64,000 nucleotides of DNA from Saccharolobus solfataricus P2. Its GTDB lineage: Archaea; Thermoproteota; Thermoprotei_A; Sulfolobales; Sulfolobaceae. Made by a program: the position numbers and the translations under genes. How positions within the stretch are numbered: the first letter of the stretch is position 1; each line of letters opens with the position of its first letter. The stretch is taken from assembly GCF_000007005.1 (NCBI RefSeq), contig NC_002754.1; one strand, given 5' to 3'. The notes beneath the pieces were generated by a model. The model made no database searches. It was not told the DNA's origin and saw only the letters and a program-made list of their open reading frames with translations. Below are positions 55,048 to 64,000 of the stretch, in pieces.

Positions 55048-56486
55048 CAGTGGTGTTTCACCAATTTTACTCAAAATGATACAATTTCTATGGAAGAGAA
55101 AAATATCAGAGCGGAGTTAGAAAAATCGGCTTATTTCAACACAAGAAGCAAAAAATTTTCATATTTGTTGAAGAAACTAACAGAAAACGAGTTTATATAT
55201 AAAGAGTAATACCATTTGTCTAGTATTATCAATAGAGGAAAGTAGGTGGAAGGACGAGATGAACAAGAAAAGGTTAAAGCGAGGGACTCCATAACTCCGT
55301 TATGCAAACCATGATATTACCCAAAACGGAGCTGAAGTCCCTCGCTATAACTTTAGCAACAAACAATATTAACGTTATCTCTCAAGATCTAGACCCGGAA
55401 ATAGTGAAAGCAGCACCATCCTTGCTAACCGGAAACAGAGGAAAATACTACTTGAAGGTAGTAAGACGAGGCGAGAAAGTAATTAGTAAAGGTCAGAGAA
55501 CCTTCAAGTTCTACCCAATCTACAGAGAAGTAAAGGGAGAGACCAACGTAGTCGCTGTAGATGAGACCGGATTAACCGTGGGAGAAAAGGAACAAGAAAA
55601 AGCAGAGGGCTTTCTACTCTACAACTGGAAGAGAAAAGGAGTAAAGATGAGATCCTTGGACCTCGTATATCCCTTAAGGTTACCCCTCCTAGTGGAGGTA
55701 GCAGATTTGAGAAGCGACAGTCCATCACAGTTCCTACTCAGGAGCGTGAGGGAAGTAAGCCAATACATGGAAATAGATTACGTTGTAGCTGACGCCGGAT
55801 TCTTGAACCTAGGGGTCATCAAGGAAATGCCCGTGAAGACCATTGTGAGAGGAAAGTCGAACTTGAAGGGATTCAAGGAACTATCTAACGTTCCATTAGT
55901 TGAGAAGAGATATGAGGTTAAGGACAAGGTTTACGTTGCGTATAGGGTCTTGGAATTTGAAGGGCTTTATTATTACGATGTGGTTTACGTTAAGGGGAAG
56001 CCGAGGCACTTCATGTTCGTAACGAACTTCGAGGGAGATCCCTATGAACTGGCTGAACTCTATAGGTTGAGGTGGCAAGTTGAGGAGGGTTTTAAGGTTA
56101 GGAAGGCAAGGATAAGGTATGTTAGGAAGTTGAGTAATAAGATCTTCTTGTTCCTCTATTACACGGTTCTGGATTCTGCGTGGAATCTAGTGAATCATCT
56201 TCTCTTTAACTTCAAGTCCACGTGTAAGAAGGTTTTGTCCTTCGATTCATTCGTCAAGCTTCTCTAACTTTCTCGGTGTTCAGAGGAGACTATGCACGTC
56301 GTTTTCACCACGTGAGAAAAATTCAGAATTCTCCTCTTATTATTAGAATTGTACGCTATATTTTTTGCAAATTATTTTAACATGTTATGTTTCATAATAA
56401 TTTTATTGTTTTTCTCTATATCAATCTCTTTTTGAAAGGACTAATATTATATCTTTCAAATGAAATAATTTGGTGAAACACCACTG
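55048..56486 (+). mobile_element. ISC1439 insertion sequence
   Basis: Exactly 1439 bp; TIR CAGTGGTGTTTCACCAA (17 bp perfect); 9-bp TSD CCCCATGTC at 55039-55047 and 56487-56495. Confidence 0.95.
55302..56267 (+). CDS. ISC1439 DDE transposase, apparently intact
   Basis: AVDETG, VADAGF, YRLRWQVEEGFK. Confidence 0.92.
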   Translation: MQTMILPKTELKSLAITLATNNINVISQDLDPEIVKAAPSLLTGNRGKYYLKVVRRGEKVISKGQRTFKFYPIYREVKGETNVVAVDETGLTVGEKEQEKAEGFLLYNWKRKGVKMRSLDLVYPLRLPLLVEVADLRSDSPSQFLLRSVREVSQYMEIDYVVADAGFLNLGVIKEMPVKTIVRGKSNLKGFKELSNVPLVEKRYEVKDKVYVAYRVLEFEGLYYYDVVYVKGKPRHFMFVTNFEGDPYELAELYRLRWQVEEGFKVRKARIRYVRKLSNKIFLFLYYTVLDSAWNLVNHLLFNFKSTCKKVLSFDSFVKLL

Positions 56487-57625
56487 CCCCATGTCTTGAT
56501 AGAAAGTTCTGATTACGTATTTTTTCCTTAAGAGATTAGATATTATTAAAGCCCCCCTTAGCTTAAGTTCTGTCTTCTTGTCGCCATTTCTGAACTCCGT
56601 TAACCACGGCTTCACTCTTTCCCATATTTTGGCCACCGTGTGAAACGTATATTTATCCCATTTAGGTTCAAAGACCTTACTATCCTCTGGTAGTAATTGC
56701 ATTACTACGTCTAGATCTGTTGCCCCGTGGCTTAACAAAAAGTTCAGTAAATGCCAATCCCCTCTACTTCTATCTATTCCTATATCCGCGTATGTCTTTT
56801 TATCGCAAAGCACGCCTTTAGCAATATTTAGCGTTTCTTTCGCTTTTTCTTCAGCATGTTCAATCTTCTTTTTGATTGCCTTACATAATTCATCTCTTAT
56901 CGCGTCTAACGTTTTTCCTCTATATCTATCATATTTCCTCATCTCTTCCTTTAGTTTCTCAAAATCTTCTTCAGTATCACTTTTCTTGTTACCGCCTAAC
57001 CATTCTAACAATCCACTCGCGGGTGTTATTCCTAATTTCTTCCCTTTCTCTACCAGATACTTTAGAAAGCCTTTCAGATGTATCTCATTTATTTTAGCTC
57101 TCTCCGGCGTGATATCTGCGTAATAACATGTAACATAATCTTGTCCTTTCCACGGGCATTTTGCCGAATCACAGAACTTATGGTTAATACAAGAACCGGG
57201 GGCTACCACATATGATTTTAGACTTTGCAAATCCATTACGTTTTTATTTTCCCTAAGAAACGCTGGATTAAACTTGTATTCCGGGAATTCTTCTGTTATC
57301 GCATAAATGTGTAAACCGTTATGTGGCGTGGTCACGCATAGTGTGTTTTGGCATAATTTGTTTAGCTCACTTTCACCTATCCAGGCTTTGAGAAGTTCCT
57401 TATCCTCAAAATCCAAAATCACTAGTGCACGATTCTTATCTAACATTTGTCCCGGGATCCCGTAGTTATACCCCTCTTCGATCATCTTTGGAAATTTCTC
57501 TTTCTCTTCATCAGTCAAAGCACGCGTGCTATACTGTTGCCAATTTGGTATGGTCGGCTTTTTTGTATCTCTGTCAATTGGGATTACCGCAAAACCTAGC
57601 GTGTCAATAAACCATTTAGCCCACT

Positions 57626-57853
57626 CTATTTTGTCCATGCTCTCACTCTTCTAAGAAGTGTGTAAGGTGTGTCCCCGTGATAGTTTCCTTTAATTTCGGC
57701 GTAGATCTTATCACTAAAACTTAGCGGACATTCCGCATAGTATCCTATGTACCCGCATACAGATGAATCGTCAAAGCAGTGCCTTCCAAATGGGCATGAA
57801 GGCTTTTTATTCTGTTTAATAAATTTACATTTAGCCGTCTTTTTCACCCCCAA
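57626..57853 (-). CDS. Small Cys-rich plasmid protein (75 aa) between copG and repA
   Basis: Five Cys plus one His; overlaps the repA start by 13 nt. Confidence 0.55.
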   Translation of the reverse strand: MGVKKTAKCKFIKQNKKPSCPFGRHCFDDSSVCGYIGYYAECPLSFSDKIYAEIKGNYHGDTPYTLLRRVRAWTK

Positions 57854-57886
57854 ATCCTGATCTATGACGAATAGGGAAAAAACGGA

Positions 57887-58039
57887 TTAACTTGTGACGA
57901 GATTCAACTCCTTAGCCTTTTCTTTCAGTAAAATCCTAACCACGCCAGAGCGTGGCACTCCATAATACTCGGCCAATTTTTCCAATATCTGTATATCTTC
58001 TTCTCTTAACCTTAGGAATACCAGTGGGTTTCTTCCCAT
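57887..58039 (-). CDS. copG: CopG-like ribbon-helix-helix protein, 50 aa (not in the ORF track)
   Basis: My translation: MGRNPLVFLRLREEDIQILEKLAEYYGVPRSGVVRILLKEKAKELNLVTS; SD GGTGA; TATA TTTATAAA at 58073-58080. Confidence 0.85.
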   Translation of the reverse strand: MGRNPLVFLRLREEDIQILEKLAEYYGVPRSGVVRILLKEKAKELNLVTS

Positions 58040-58078
58040 CTAAATCACCAAGTTAATCGAATTGCCTATGCGTTTATA

Positions 58079-58102
58079 AATTTTCTCTGTCGAGAGAATT
58101 TT
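58079..58102. promoter_or_regulatory. Candidate CopG operator beside the copG-rep TATA box
   Basis: TTCTCT-GTCG-AGAGAA inverted repeat (8/10 when extended) directly upstream of the TATA box. Confidence 0.4.
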
Positions 58103-58672
58103 CGTGGGAATAGCTCACTTTACGAATATTAGACCAACATATTTACATAATCTTTAAATACTTCTTCAACCAGTTGTTTGAGTAACGTTTAGGCAACAAA
58201 TAGCGCTAAAATTTGTATTGTTAACAATCAAATTGAAATATTCAATTAATTTCACGATACTCGAATAATCTTTTGTTGTGCAATAGGTGCTTTTTTGCGT
58301 GCAACATATAGAAAAAAAGAAAAGGACGGCCCATGTGGAAGGGGCTAAAATATCATTATATGTCACATCTAATATTCCCCCTAGTCTAACAATTTTACTC
58401 TTCATTCTGATAAAAATTCAAGTAAGAAGAGTGAAGAGAGAAGAGAGAAGAAAATAGAAGGGAAGAAGAAGAATAAACGCGGAAGAGCGCAAAAGAGAGC
58501 GTTTGAACCCACGGGTGGGCCCAATAGCATTCATTCTTAGTTTTCTGATGAAGAGAACGGAGAGAAGAGAGAAAAAGACCGGTTTTCTAACACAATTGGC
58601 AATTGGCAAACAAATAAATATTTATGCAGATGGATATTCAAAAATGCAACAACGCAATGAAAAAAAAAGAAA

Positions 58673-58939
58673 CTAGATAATCTTTTCAATCTCTCTTCTA
58701 AACTCATTCAGCGCCGTGTTTAAAACATCAACCAACTTTTCTTTTCTTTTCATTGCCAACACACCGACCAATTTTTCGCACTTTTCATCTGAAATAATAA
58801 ACCTACCTTCGCGTAGCGCATAAATTGTCTTTTTCTTGAATCCTACTTCCACCAGATCCTCATCATCCGCCATTTCAACCAATTGTTGTTTGAATTTTCT
58901 TGGTAGGAACTCACAAACCATCTTCCTTCTATACCCCAA
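58673..58939 (-). CDS. Small plasmid protein, HTH-like (likely start ATG 58921)
   Basis: LVEVGFKKKTIYALREGR..ISDEKCEK resembles a Cro-type HTH; own TATA upstream. Confidence 0.65.
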   Translation of the reverse strand: MGYRRKMVCEFLPRKFKQQLVEMADDEDLVEVGFKKKTIYALREGRFIISDEKCEKLVGVLAMKRKEKLVDVLNTALNEFRREIEKII

Positions 58940-59086
58940 TAGAACATTCTACTAGGCATTATAAAAAGCTTTCTATAGGGGTATAGAACAACAAAAACCA
59001 CGGGCTAAGATGTGTTGAAAATCCTATCAACCTCAGCCCTATCAATCTCTCAAACTCGTGGTTAATTCTATAGGGGTATAGAACAA
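58927..59086. repeat. Three copies of the palindrome TTCTATA-N4-TATAGAA
   Basis: 58971-58991 and 59066-59086 are identical 21-mers; 58927-58944 is an inverted copy with one mismatch. Confidence 0.85.
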
Positions 59087-59117
59087 TATCTATGGATCTT
59101 GTGGGGACACCCCACTG

Positions 59118-59327
59118 CTAATCTTCTCTCATCTTCTCTTCGATTAGCTTTTTGCAGTACTCAACATCATCAGAAACATCTTCATATGGATCCTCAGCAT
59201 AAACCCTCAGCAATACAAAACAAACAACTCTTCTACATTCCACGCTCAGGCTACTAATGTTTTCAACGTGTCTGTATTTCACTAAGCAATCGGCTATCTC
59301 AACTAACGTTTTGTCATCAATCATCAC
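59118..59327 (-). CDS. Small plasmid protein (69 aa) coupled to the integrase 3' end
   Basis: Overlaps the int(C) stop; four Cys; helical composition. Confidence 0.55.
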   Translation of the reverse strand: MMIDDKTLVEIADCLVKYRHVENISSLSVECRRVVCFVLLRVYAEDPYEDVSDDVEYCKKLIEEKMRED

Positions 59328-60189
59328 TTAACACCCCACTCTTACTTAACCATTCCGCATATTTGCGATAATGTTCTTTCGCTATTCCGAAAAGCGAAAT
59401 ATAATGTTGCGTTAGCACGCGAGTAGGTTTCCTACCTTGTATAAAATCGATCACGTCTAACGGTATTCCCAACTCAGCCATTTTAGATGCTACGAACTTT
59501 CTAACATACTTTATTGCCACAGCACCGTCCCTTCTTCTCTCAAAGCCAGCTATAGCACCTTCACCTATTGTTACCTTTCGAAGTGGGGAAAAGTGAAAAA
59601 CGTAAAAAGATCCTTTACTCCCCCTAATCCAACTAAGGGGATAATAACATAAACTGATACCACCATCAGCACTACCATTACTTCTAATTCTACCATTACT
59701 ATCATCAGCACTATCGCATACATCTTTCTCAGGCTTTTTCAATACTTTCAAAATTTCATTCAACCTGGCACCGCTCTCCAACGCTATCCTATAGACGAAA
59801 TATACATTTTCACTGTACTCTTTCGCCAACTTCAGCGTTTTCCTAATCCCCTCTTCCGTAGGAATGTATAAATCAGCATTACTTCTCTTCACCTTTATGA
59901 CGCGTAAAATCTTTTCCATTTCTTCAGAAGAAATTACACCGCGTGATTCTAAGAACTTTGCAAAAATGCGGTATGCCTTTTGCGATTTATCGGTCTCTTT
60001 GTACGGTCTATTTACCGCACTAACATACTCTTTTGCCGTTTTATTGCCAATTTTCCTTTCATTCAGCAAATAGTCGTAAAATTCTTGGGCGTAGTCAGCA
60101 CTATACTGTCGTAAAATGGCAACAAGAGTCATTTTGCACCTTTCAACTCCCTTTTTAGAGCCCTCACACGGCGAAGATCCTGGGTTCAA
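59317..60189 (-). pseudogene. Integrase C-terminal fragment int(C), SSV-type tyrosine recombinase
   Basis: GARLNE, KYVRK, IQGRK, QHY catalytic set; begins inside attR in the same frame as int(N). Confidence 0.92.
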
Positions 60190-60205
60190 GTCCCAGCGGG
60201 CCCAT
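60160..60205 (+). repeat. attR, 46-bp copy of the tRNA-Val 3' half
   Basis: Identical to 52689-52734. Confidence 0.97.
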
Positions 60206-60557
60206 ATCCGCTACCTCGATATTTAAGTTAATTAACTATTTTATGCATAGTTAATCTGTTGAATATTTTTAGACCAAACTGCTCTTATTTCTCTCTCAAT
60301 TAATCTTAAAGCGTACGATTTAGATTTGTGATACCTCTTAACTCTTTGTGAAAATTCAACAAGTCCACAAAACAACTATTTTATCATTTAACTTTCCTAA
60401 TCGCAGATAACAAATCATAGACTTAAATTACAAAGAACGAGAACAAATAGTCTCTAGCGTAAGAATAACTGCATATTGATGAAAATTAATGATAAAAACT
60501 TATACTTCTGCAAAAGATTTACTATGCAAGATTAGAAAAATCAAAAAGAAATAGTGC

Positions 60558-60657
<100 letters not shown>

Positions 60658-60785
60658 ACGTAAGTAGTTAATTGAGAATTGGTTAATTAATTTTTCTTTG
60701 GTTTTTTACGACTGCATCTACTATACTTCATATGTGAAGCGCATGGACTAATTTTATTAATACTCAATATACTGTTACCGCTGGC

Positions 60786-62021
60786 ATGCTAATAAGTGCA
60801 CTAATAGTCATGGTAATAACATACTGCCTTATAATTTCTAGAAGTATTACGAAAATTCCACCTTGGGCTTCTATGTTTTTTGGTGGTATCCTTATGGTAA
60901 TTCTAGGTATAATATCTCCAGAAGAAGCTTTACAATCAATAAATTTAGATGTAATATTATTTCTCATTACCCTTTTTACATTTGCATCAGCGTTAGAGGT
61001 TTCTGGATTTTTGAAATTCCTTGCATATAAGATTATAGAAAAATTCAAGGAACCTAGGAAAGTTCTCTTCTATATTCTTTTATATTCTGGTCTATTATCA
61101 AATTTAGTTACCAACGATGGAGTATCAGCAAGCTGGACTCCAGTCATCTTAGAATTAAGCAGGATGATAGGCGTTTCTGAGGTTCCTTTTCTTTATGCAT
61201 TAGCTGTTGGTGTTACTATTGGGAGCGTTATAATGCCTACTGGCAATCCTCAAAATTTACTCATAGCTTTAGAATCTGGAATAAAAAACCCTTTCATTAC
61301 ATTTACAATATATTTGACCTTACCCTCAATAATTAGCTTAATAATTGCTTATTTTATACTCTTTCGTCTATTCAGAAAATCCTTGTCTTTACCAAGTGGA
61401 ATTAATATAAAAAAAGAAGAAGAGGAAAAGGTTGATTTCGATAGAAGACTTGGATATCTGACATTAACCTTATTAGTAGTTACCATAATATTATTTTTTT
61501 CCTTAAGTTTCTTTAAAATAGATATTTTACTGGGTTCTTTAGTTACTTCATCTATCTTACTGCTTTTAACGGAAAAGAGGAGGGATATTGTAAGAAGAAT
61601 GGACTGGCCAACTATACTATTTTTTATCGGATTGTTCATATTTACTGATGGAGTATTAAAATCTGGGATTATACAGTATTTATCTAATTTTCTTCCCCCT
61701 CCAGATAGTGTGGCTAGTATAATGATTGTAAGTATTTTACTGAGCCAAGTATTAAGTAATGTACCATTGGTTGCAATATACATACCGATCATGATCTCTC
61801 ATAGTGGTATTACAGTGGTGGATTGGCTAGCGTTAGCTGCGGGTAGTACTATAGCGGGTAACTTCACCATATTAGGCGCAGCAAGTAACGTAATAATTTC
61901 TGAAGCTTCTGAGAGCAGAGGTGGAAAAGGATTTAATTTCGTAGAATTTATGAAATATACTATTCCGATTCTAATACCAAATGCAATAATCATTTATTTG
62001 TTTTTAGTATTATTCAGGTAA
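60786..62021 (+). CDS. ArsB/NhaD-family ion transporter
   Basis: LVTNDG, MPTGNPQN, QVLSNVP, GNFTILGAASN; about 12 TM helices. Confidence 0.88.
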   Translation: MLISALIVMVITYCLIISRSITKIPPWASMFFGGILMVILGIISPEEALQSINLDVILFLITLFTFASALEVSGFLKFLAYKIIEKFKEPRKVLFYILLYSGLLSNLVTNDGVSASWTPVILELSRMIGVSEVPFLYALAVGVTIGSVIMPTGNPQNLLIALESGIKNPFITFTIYLTLPSIISLIIAYFILFRLFRKSLSLPSGINIKKEEEEKVDFDRRLGYLTLTLLVVTIILFFSLSFFKIDILLGSLVTSSILLLLTEKRRDIVRRMDWPTILFFIGLFIFTDGVLKSGIIQYLSNFLPPPDSVASIMIVSILLSQVLSNVPLVAIYIPIMISHSGITVVDWLALAAGSTIAGNFTILGAASNVIISEASESRGGKGFNFVEFMKYTIPILIPNAIIIYLFLVLFR

Positions 62022-62261
62022 TGGCGTTTCTGGTACTTTTACAACTACTACATAGCCGTCTTTATATTGCCCGATATCAGGGTCCAGATCTATAAGTTCC
62101 ATTCTATCTTCGATATTAGATAAATTAAGGATTTTGACTTTTAATCCCTTGTAAACTCTCTTAGCTTCTTGCATTGCTTTTTCAATCTCTTTATAATCTT
62201 TATTATAGTCATATACTGCTGCCTCTTGTAAAGCAACTAAGGTACCTAAAAACGAACGCAT
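62010..62261 (-). CDS. Hypothetical protein (83 aa)
   Basis: Coding-like composition, isolated ORF. Confidence 0.55.
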   Translation of the reverse strand: MRSFLGTLVALQEAAVYDYNKDYKEIEKAMQEAKRVYKGLKVKILNLSNIEDRMELIDLDPDIGQYKDGYVVVVKVPETPLPE

Positions 62262-62322
62262 GACAATGTATTATTTATCCCTTTAGGTTATAAACTTAGC
62301 CTTATAGAGCCACTATAATAGA

Positions 62323-62640
62323 ATGATACACATAAAGTTGATTTATGGGCCTAACGGTGATTTGGGACTTACAAAAACTATTCATAATTTAAAATTGACA
62401 TATCCTAACGTAAATGCAGAGGCAGAGTTTAGCTTACTATGTTCTACACCAATGCTACAAATAGGAAGTAAGACTATAAATGTCATAGACTATACTGACG
62501 ACGAGATAATAGACCTTATAATAAGTGCAGTGACCAGTCACGGAAAGATAGATCAGCTAAGGGAAAACGGAGTGGACATTTATCAGAGTGAGTTCAAAGA
62601 TTTTCCACCTGGTCCAAATTTTTCGGAAGTTTTAATTTGA
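62323..62640 (+). CDS. Hypothetical protein (105 aa), thioredoxin-like topology possible
   Basis: STPMLQIG strand resembles the cis-Pro region; no CxxC. Confidence 0.55.
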   Translation: MIHIKLIYGPNGDLGLTKTIHNLKLTYPNVNAEAEFSLLCSTPMLQIGSKTINVIDYTDDEIIDLIISAVTSHGKIDQLRENGVDIYQSEFKDFPPGPNFSEVLI

Positions 62641-62662
62641 TTTTCATAAATAGTATAAGTTA

Positions 62663-63556
62663 ATGATTGTCGTAATAGGTGCAGGGATATCTGGATTATT
62701 ATTAAGTAAAAGAGTTAAAGCTGATTTAATATTGGAAGAGCAACCTGTTATTGGTGGCGTCTTCGCTTCTGATAACGTGTTCGGAAAAGATTTACCTTAC
62801 GTGTTACCAATAATAAATGACCCTGCGAAACTACCAAACATAGAATTTAACTATCTAGAATACGATTTGAAATTATCTCATAGAAAATACGATTATTTTG
62901 AAGATAAAATTTGCAAATACTGCGATAAGTTACCTACATGGTTAAATTTCGGTTTGATGAGAAAACTATACGTAATAGAGAATATAACAGCTTTTATAGA
63001 TAATTTATCTAAAAATGTAAGGATAATTAAGGAATATCCGATAAGGATAGACGATAAGAAAATCATAACCAACAAGGGAAATATGTATAAGTACACCAGA
63101 GTATATAATACGGCATCCTTAAAAAAAATGTATAAATTACTAGGAGTAGATAGCTCAAATCTAAAGCATAAGGCAGCGTTAACTTTGCTAATATTAACAA
63201 GGAAGACAAATAATAAAAACTGGAATGTTTACTTAAGCGGAGACACTGCGGATTCTTTCTCAGTAGTAATTAAGCTAGATAATATCATTAAAGATCTCGA
63301 TTTATATTATGTTTACTCATTCATGGATATAACTCAAAAGAGTATTGATATAGATAGAGTAATGCTAGATTTAAAAAGAAGACAAATAATCTCTCTTGAT
63401 GAAATAATAGCCTTTAGAAGTAAATTAATATCAGAAGCTCTGTTATTTGGCGAGATTAATCATAAGATTACACTAAACATGGTAAACTGTGGAAGACTAG
63501 GTGAGTGGAAAAATTATGACGTTATTGAAACTATATCAAGAATTCAGAATTGCTAA
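62663..63556 (+). CDS. FAD-dependent oxidoreductase (HemY/amine oxidase-like Rossmann N-terminus)
   Basis: VVIGAGISGL, LEEQPVIGG, C-terminal GRLGEWKNY. Confidence 0.75.
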   Translation: MIVVIGAGISGLLLSKRVKADLILEEQPVIGGVFASDNVFGKDLPYVLPIINDPAKLPNIEFNYLEYDLKLSHRKYDYFEDKICKYCDKLPTWLNFGLMRKLYVIENITAFIDNLSKNVRIIKEYPIRIDDKKIITNKGNMYKYTRVYNTASLKKMYKLLGVDSSNLKHKAALTLLILTRKTNNKNWNVYLSGDTADSFSVVIKLDNIIKDLDLYYVYSFMDITQKSIDIDRVMLDLKRRQIISLDEIIAFRSKLISEALLFGEINHKITLNMVNCGRLGEWKNYDVIETISRIQNC

Positions 63557-64000
63557 ATTCCTCAGTGAGTTTACCTGCAATGGTAGCTGCCTCGATAATT
63601 TCAAGTCCACCTAATCTTAACGCGAAATACGCTCCTAGCAAAAAGTCTCCTGTCCCTATTTCGTTTTTGCCTATTTTACTAGGTCTGTAGGTATATTTTG
63701 CGAGCATATTAGTATAAACATTAAATCCGTTATGTCCATCTGAAACTATTATTTCCTTAAAACCTACTTTGAATAGATCACTTAATTCTAATTTAGAAGA
63801 TTCAAGTTCTTCCCTATTACCATGCATAACCATGTAATTACTATTGAATGGAAATCTAAAACCCATTTCATACCTAATTTCCTCATACTCTATACAATTC
63901 CTAACGAAACCTTGAATATCTACTGCTATTGGAATTGGGCTTTGAATACTCATATTGTCAACTTCTTTGCATACTGGATTTACTAGGATTCCATCAACTG
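63531..64000 (-). CDS. PfkB/ribokinase-family kinase, C-terminal part (5' end outside the window)
   Basis: GTGDFLLGAY anion-hole motif; frame stays open to the window edge. Confidence 0.75.
   Translation of the reverse strand, partial: VDGILVNPVCKEVDNMSIQSPIPIAVDIQGFVRNCIEYEEIRYEMGFRFPFNSNYMVMHGNREELESSKLELSDLFKVGFKEIIVSDGHNGFNVYTNMLAKYTYRPSKIGKNEIGTGDFLLGAYFALRLGGLEIIEAATIAGKLTEEFSNSEFLI

Larger units (their letters stand above)
53476..57638 (-). pseudogene. repA: pRN-type primase-polymerase/SF3 helicase RepA, split by an IS (N part 57638-56487, C part 55038-53476)
   Basis: Prim-pol LDFED and TPHNGLHIY; D5-like helicase GPRGTGKST; removing the IS restores 384 + 520 = 904 codons in frame. 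Confidence 0.92.
52689..60205 (-). mobile_element. Integrated pRN-family plasmid (pXQ1-like), 7471-bp circle
   Basis: att repeats, partitioned integrase, copG, primase-helicase rep, all genes on the minus strand. Confidence 0.93.

Noticed and set aside
58328-58338. GGCCCATGTGG matching the attL right boundary, a possible third att remnant
   Set aside because: Only 11 bp, and it lacks the anticodon-loop crossover region.
58166-58405. 79-aa ORF in the plasmid
   Set aside because: No motif or SD, atypical composition; not supported as a gene.

Overview
AT-rich crenarchaeal chromosome segment of Sulfolobales type. Gene content and IS types match my recollection of the Saccharolobus (Sulfolobus) solfataricus tyrS-to-pibD region; this is an inference, not a database result. 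Bases 1-48.8 kb are mostly core genes: tyrS, dnaG, PolB3, pelota, lysS, L7Ae, gltX, map, pheS/pheT, tRNA-Trp (65-nt intron), 5S rRNA, an Lhr helicase / GT2 / ParB-like / endonuclease III cluster, the UV-inducible pilus operon upsXEFAB, ubiA, cimA and the prepilin peptidase pibD. Bases 49-60.2 kb are accessory. First is a three-level nested IS stack (ISC1217-like containing ISC1359-like containing ISC1212-like). Next is a 7.5-kb pRN-family plasmid integrated in tRNA-Val(CAC), with 46-bp att repeats, a partitioned SSV-type integrase and a primase-helicase gene split by a 1439-bp IS. tRNA-Lys (23-nt intron) and a few metabolic genes follow. The most interesting less obvious signals are: a K-turn hairpin covering the pibD ribosome-binding region; an H/ACA-like guide RNA candidate behind ubiA; a SerK-like reading of the ParB-like gene; a probable ATT start codon; a possible quinone biosynthesis cluster; and operator and origin candidates in the plasmid. 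No CRISPR array was seen.
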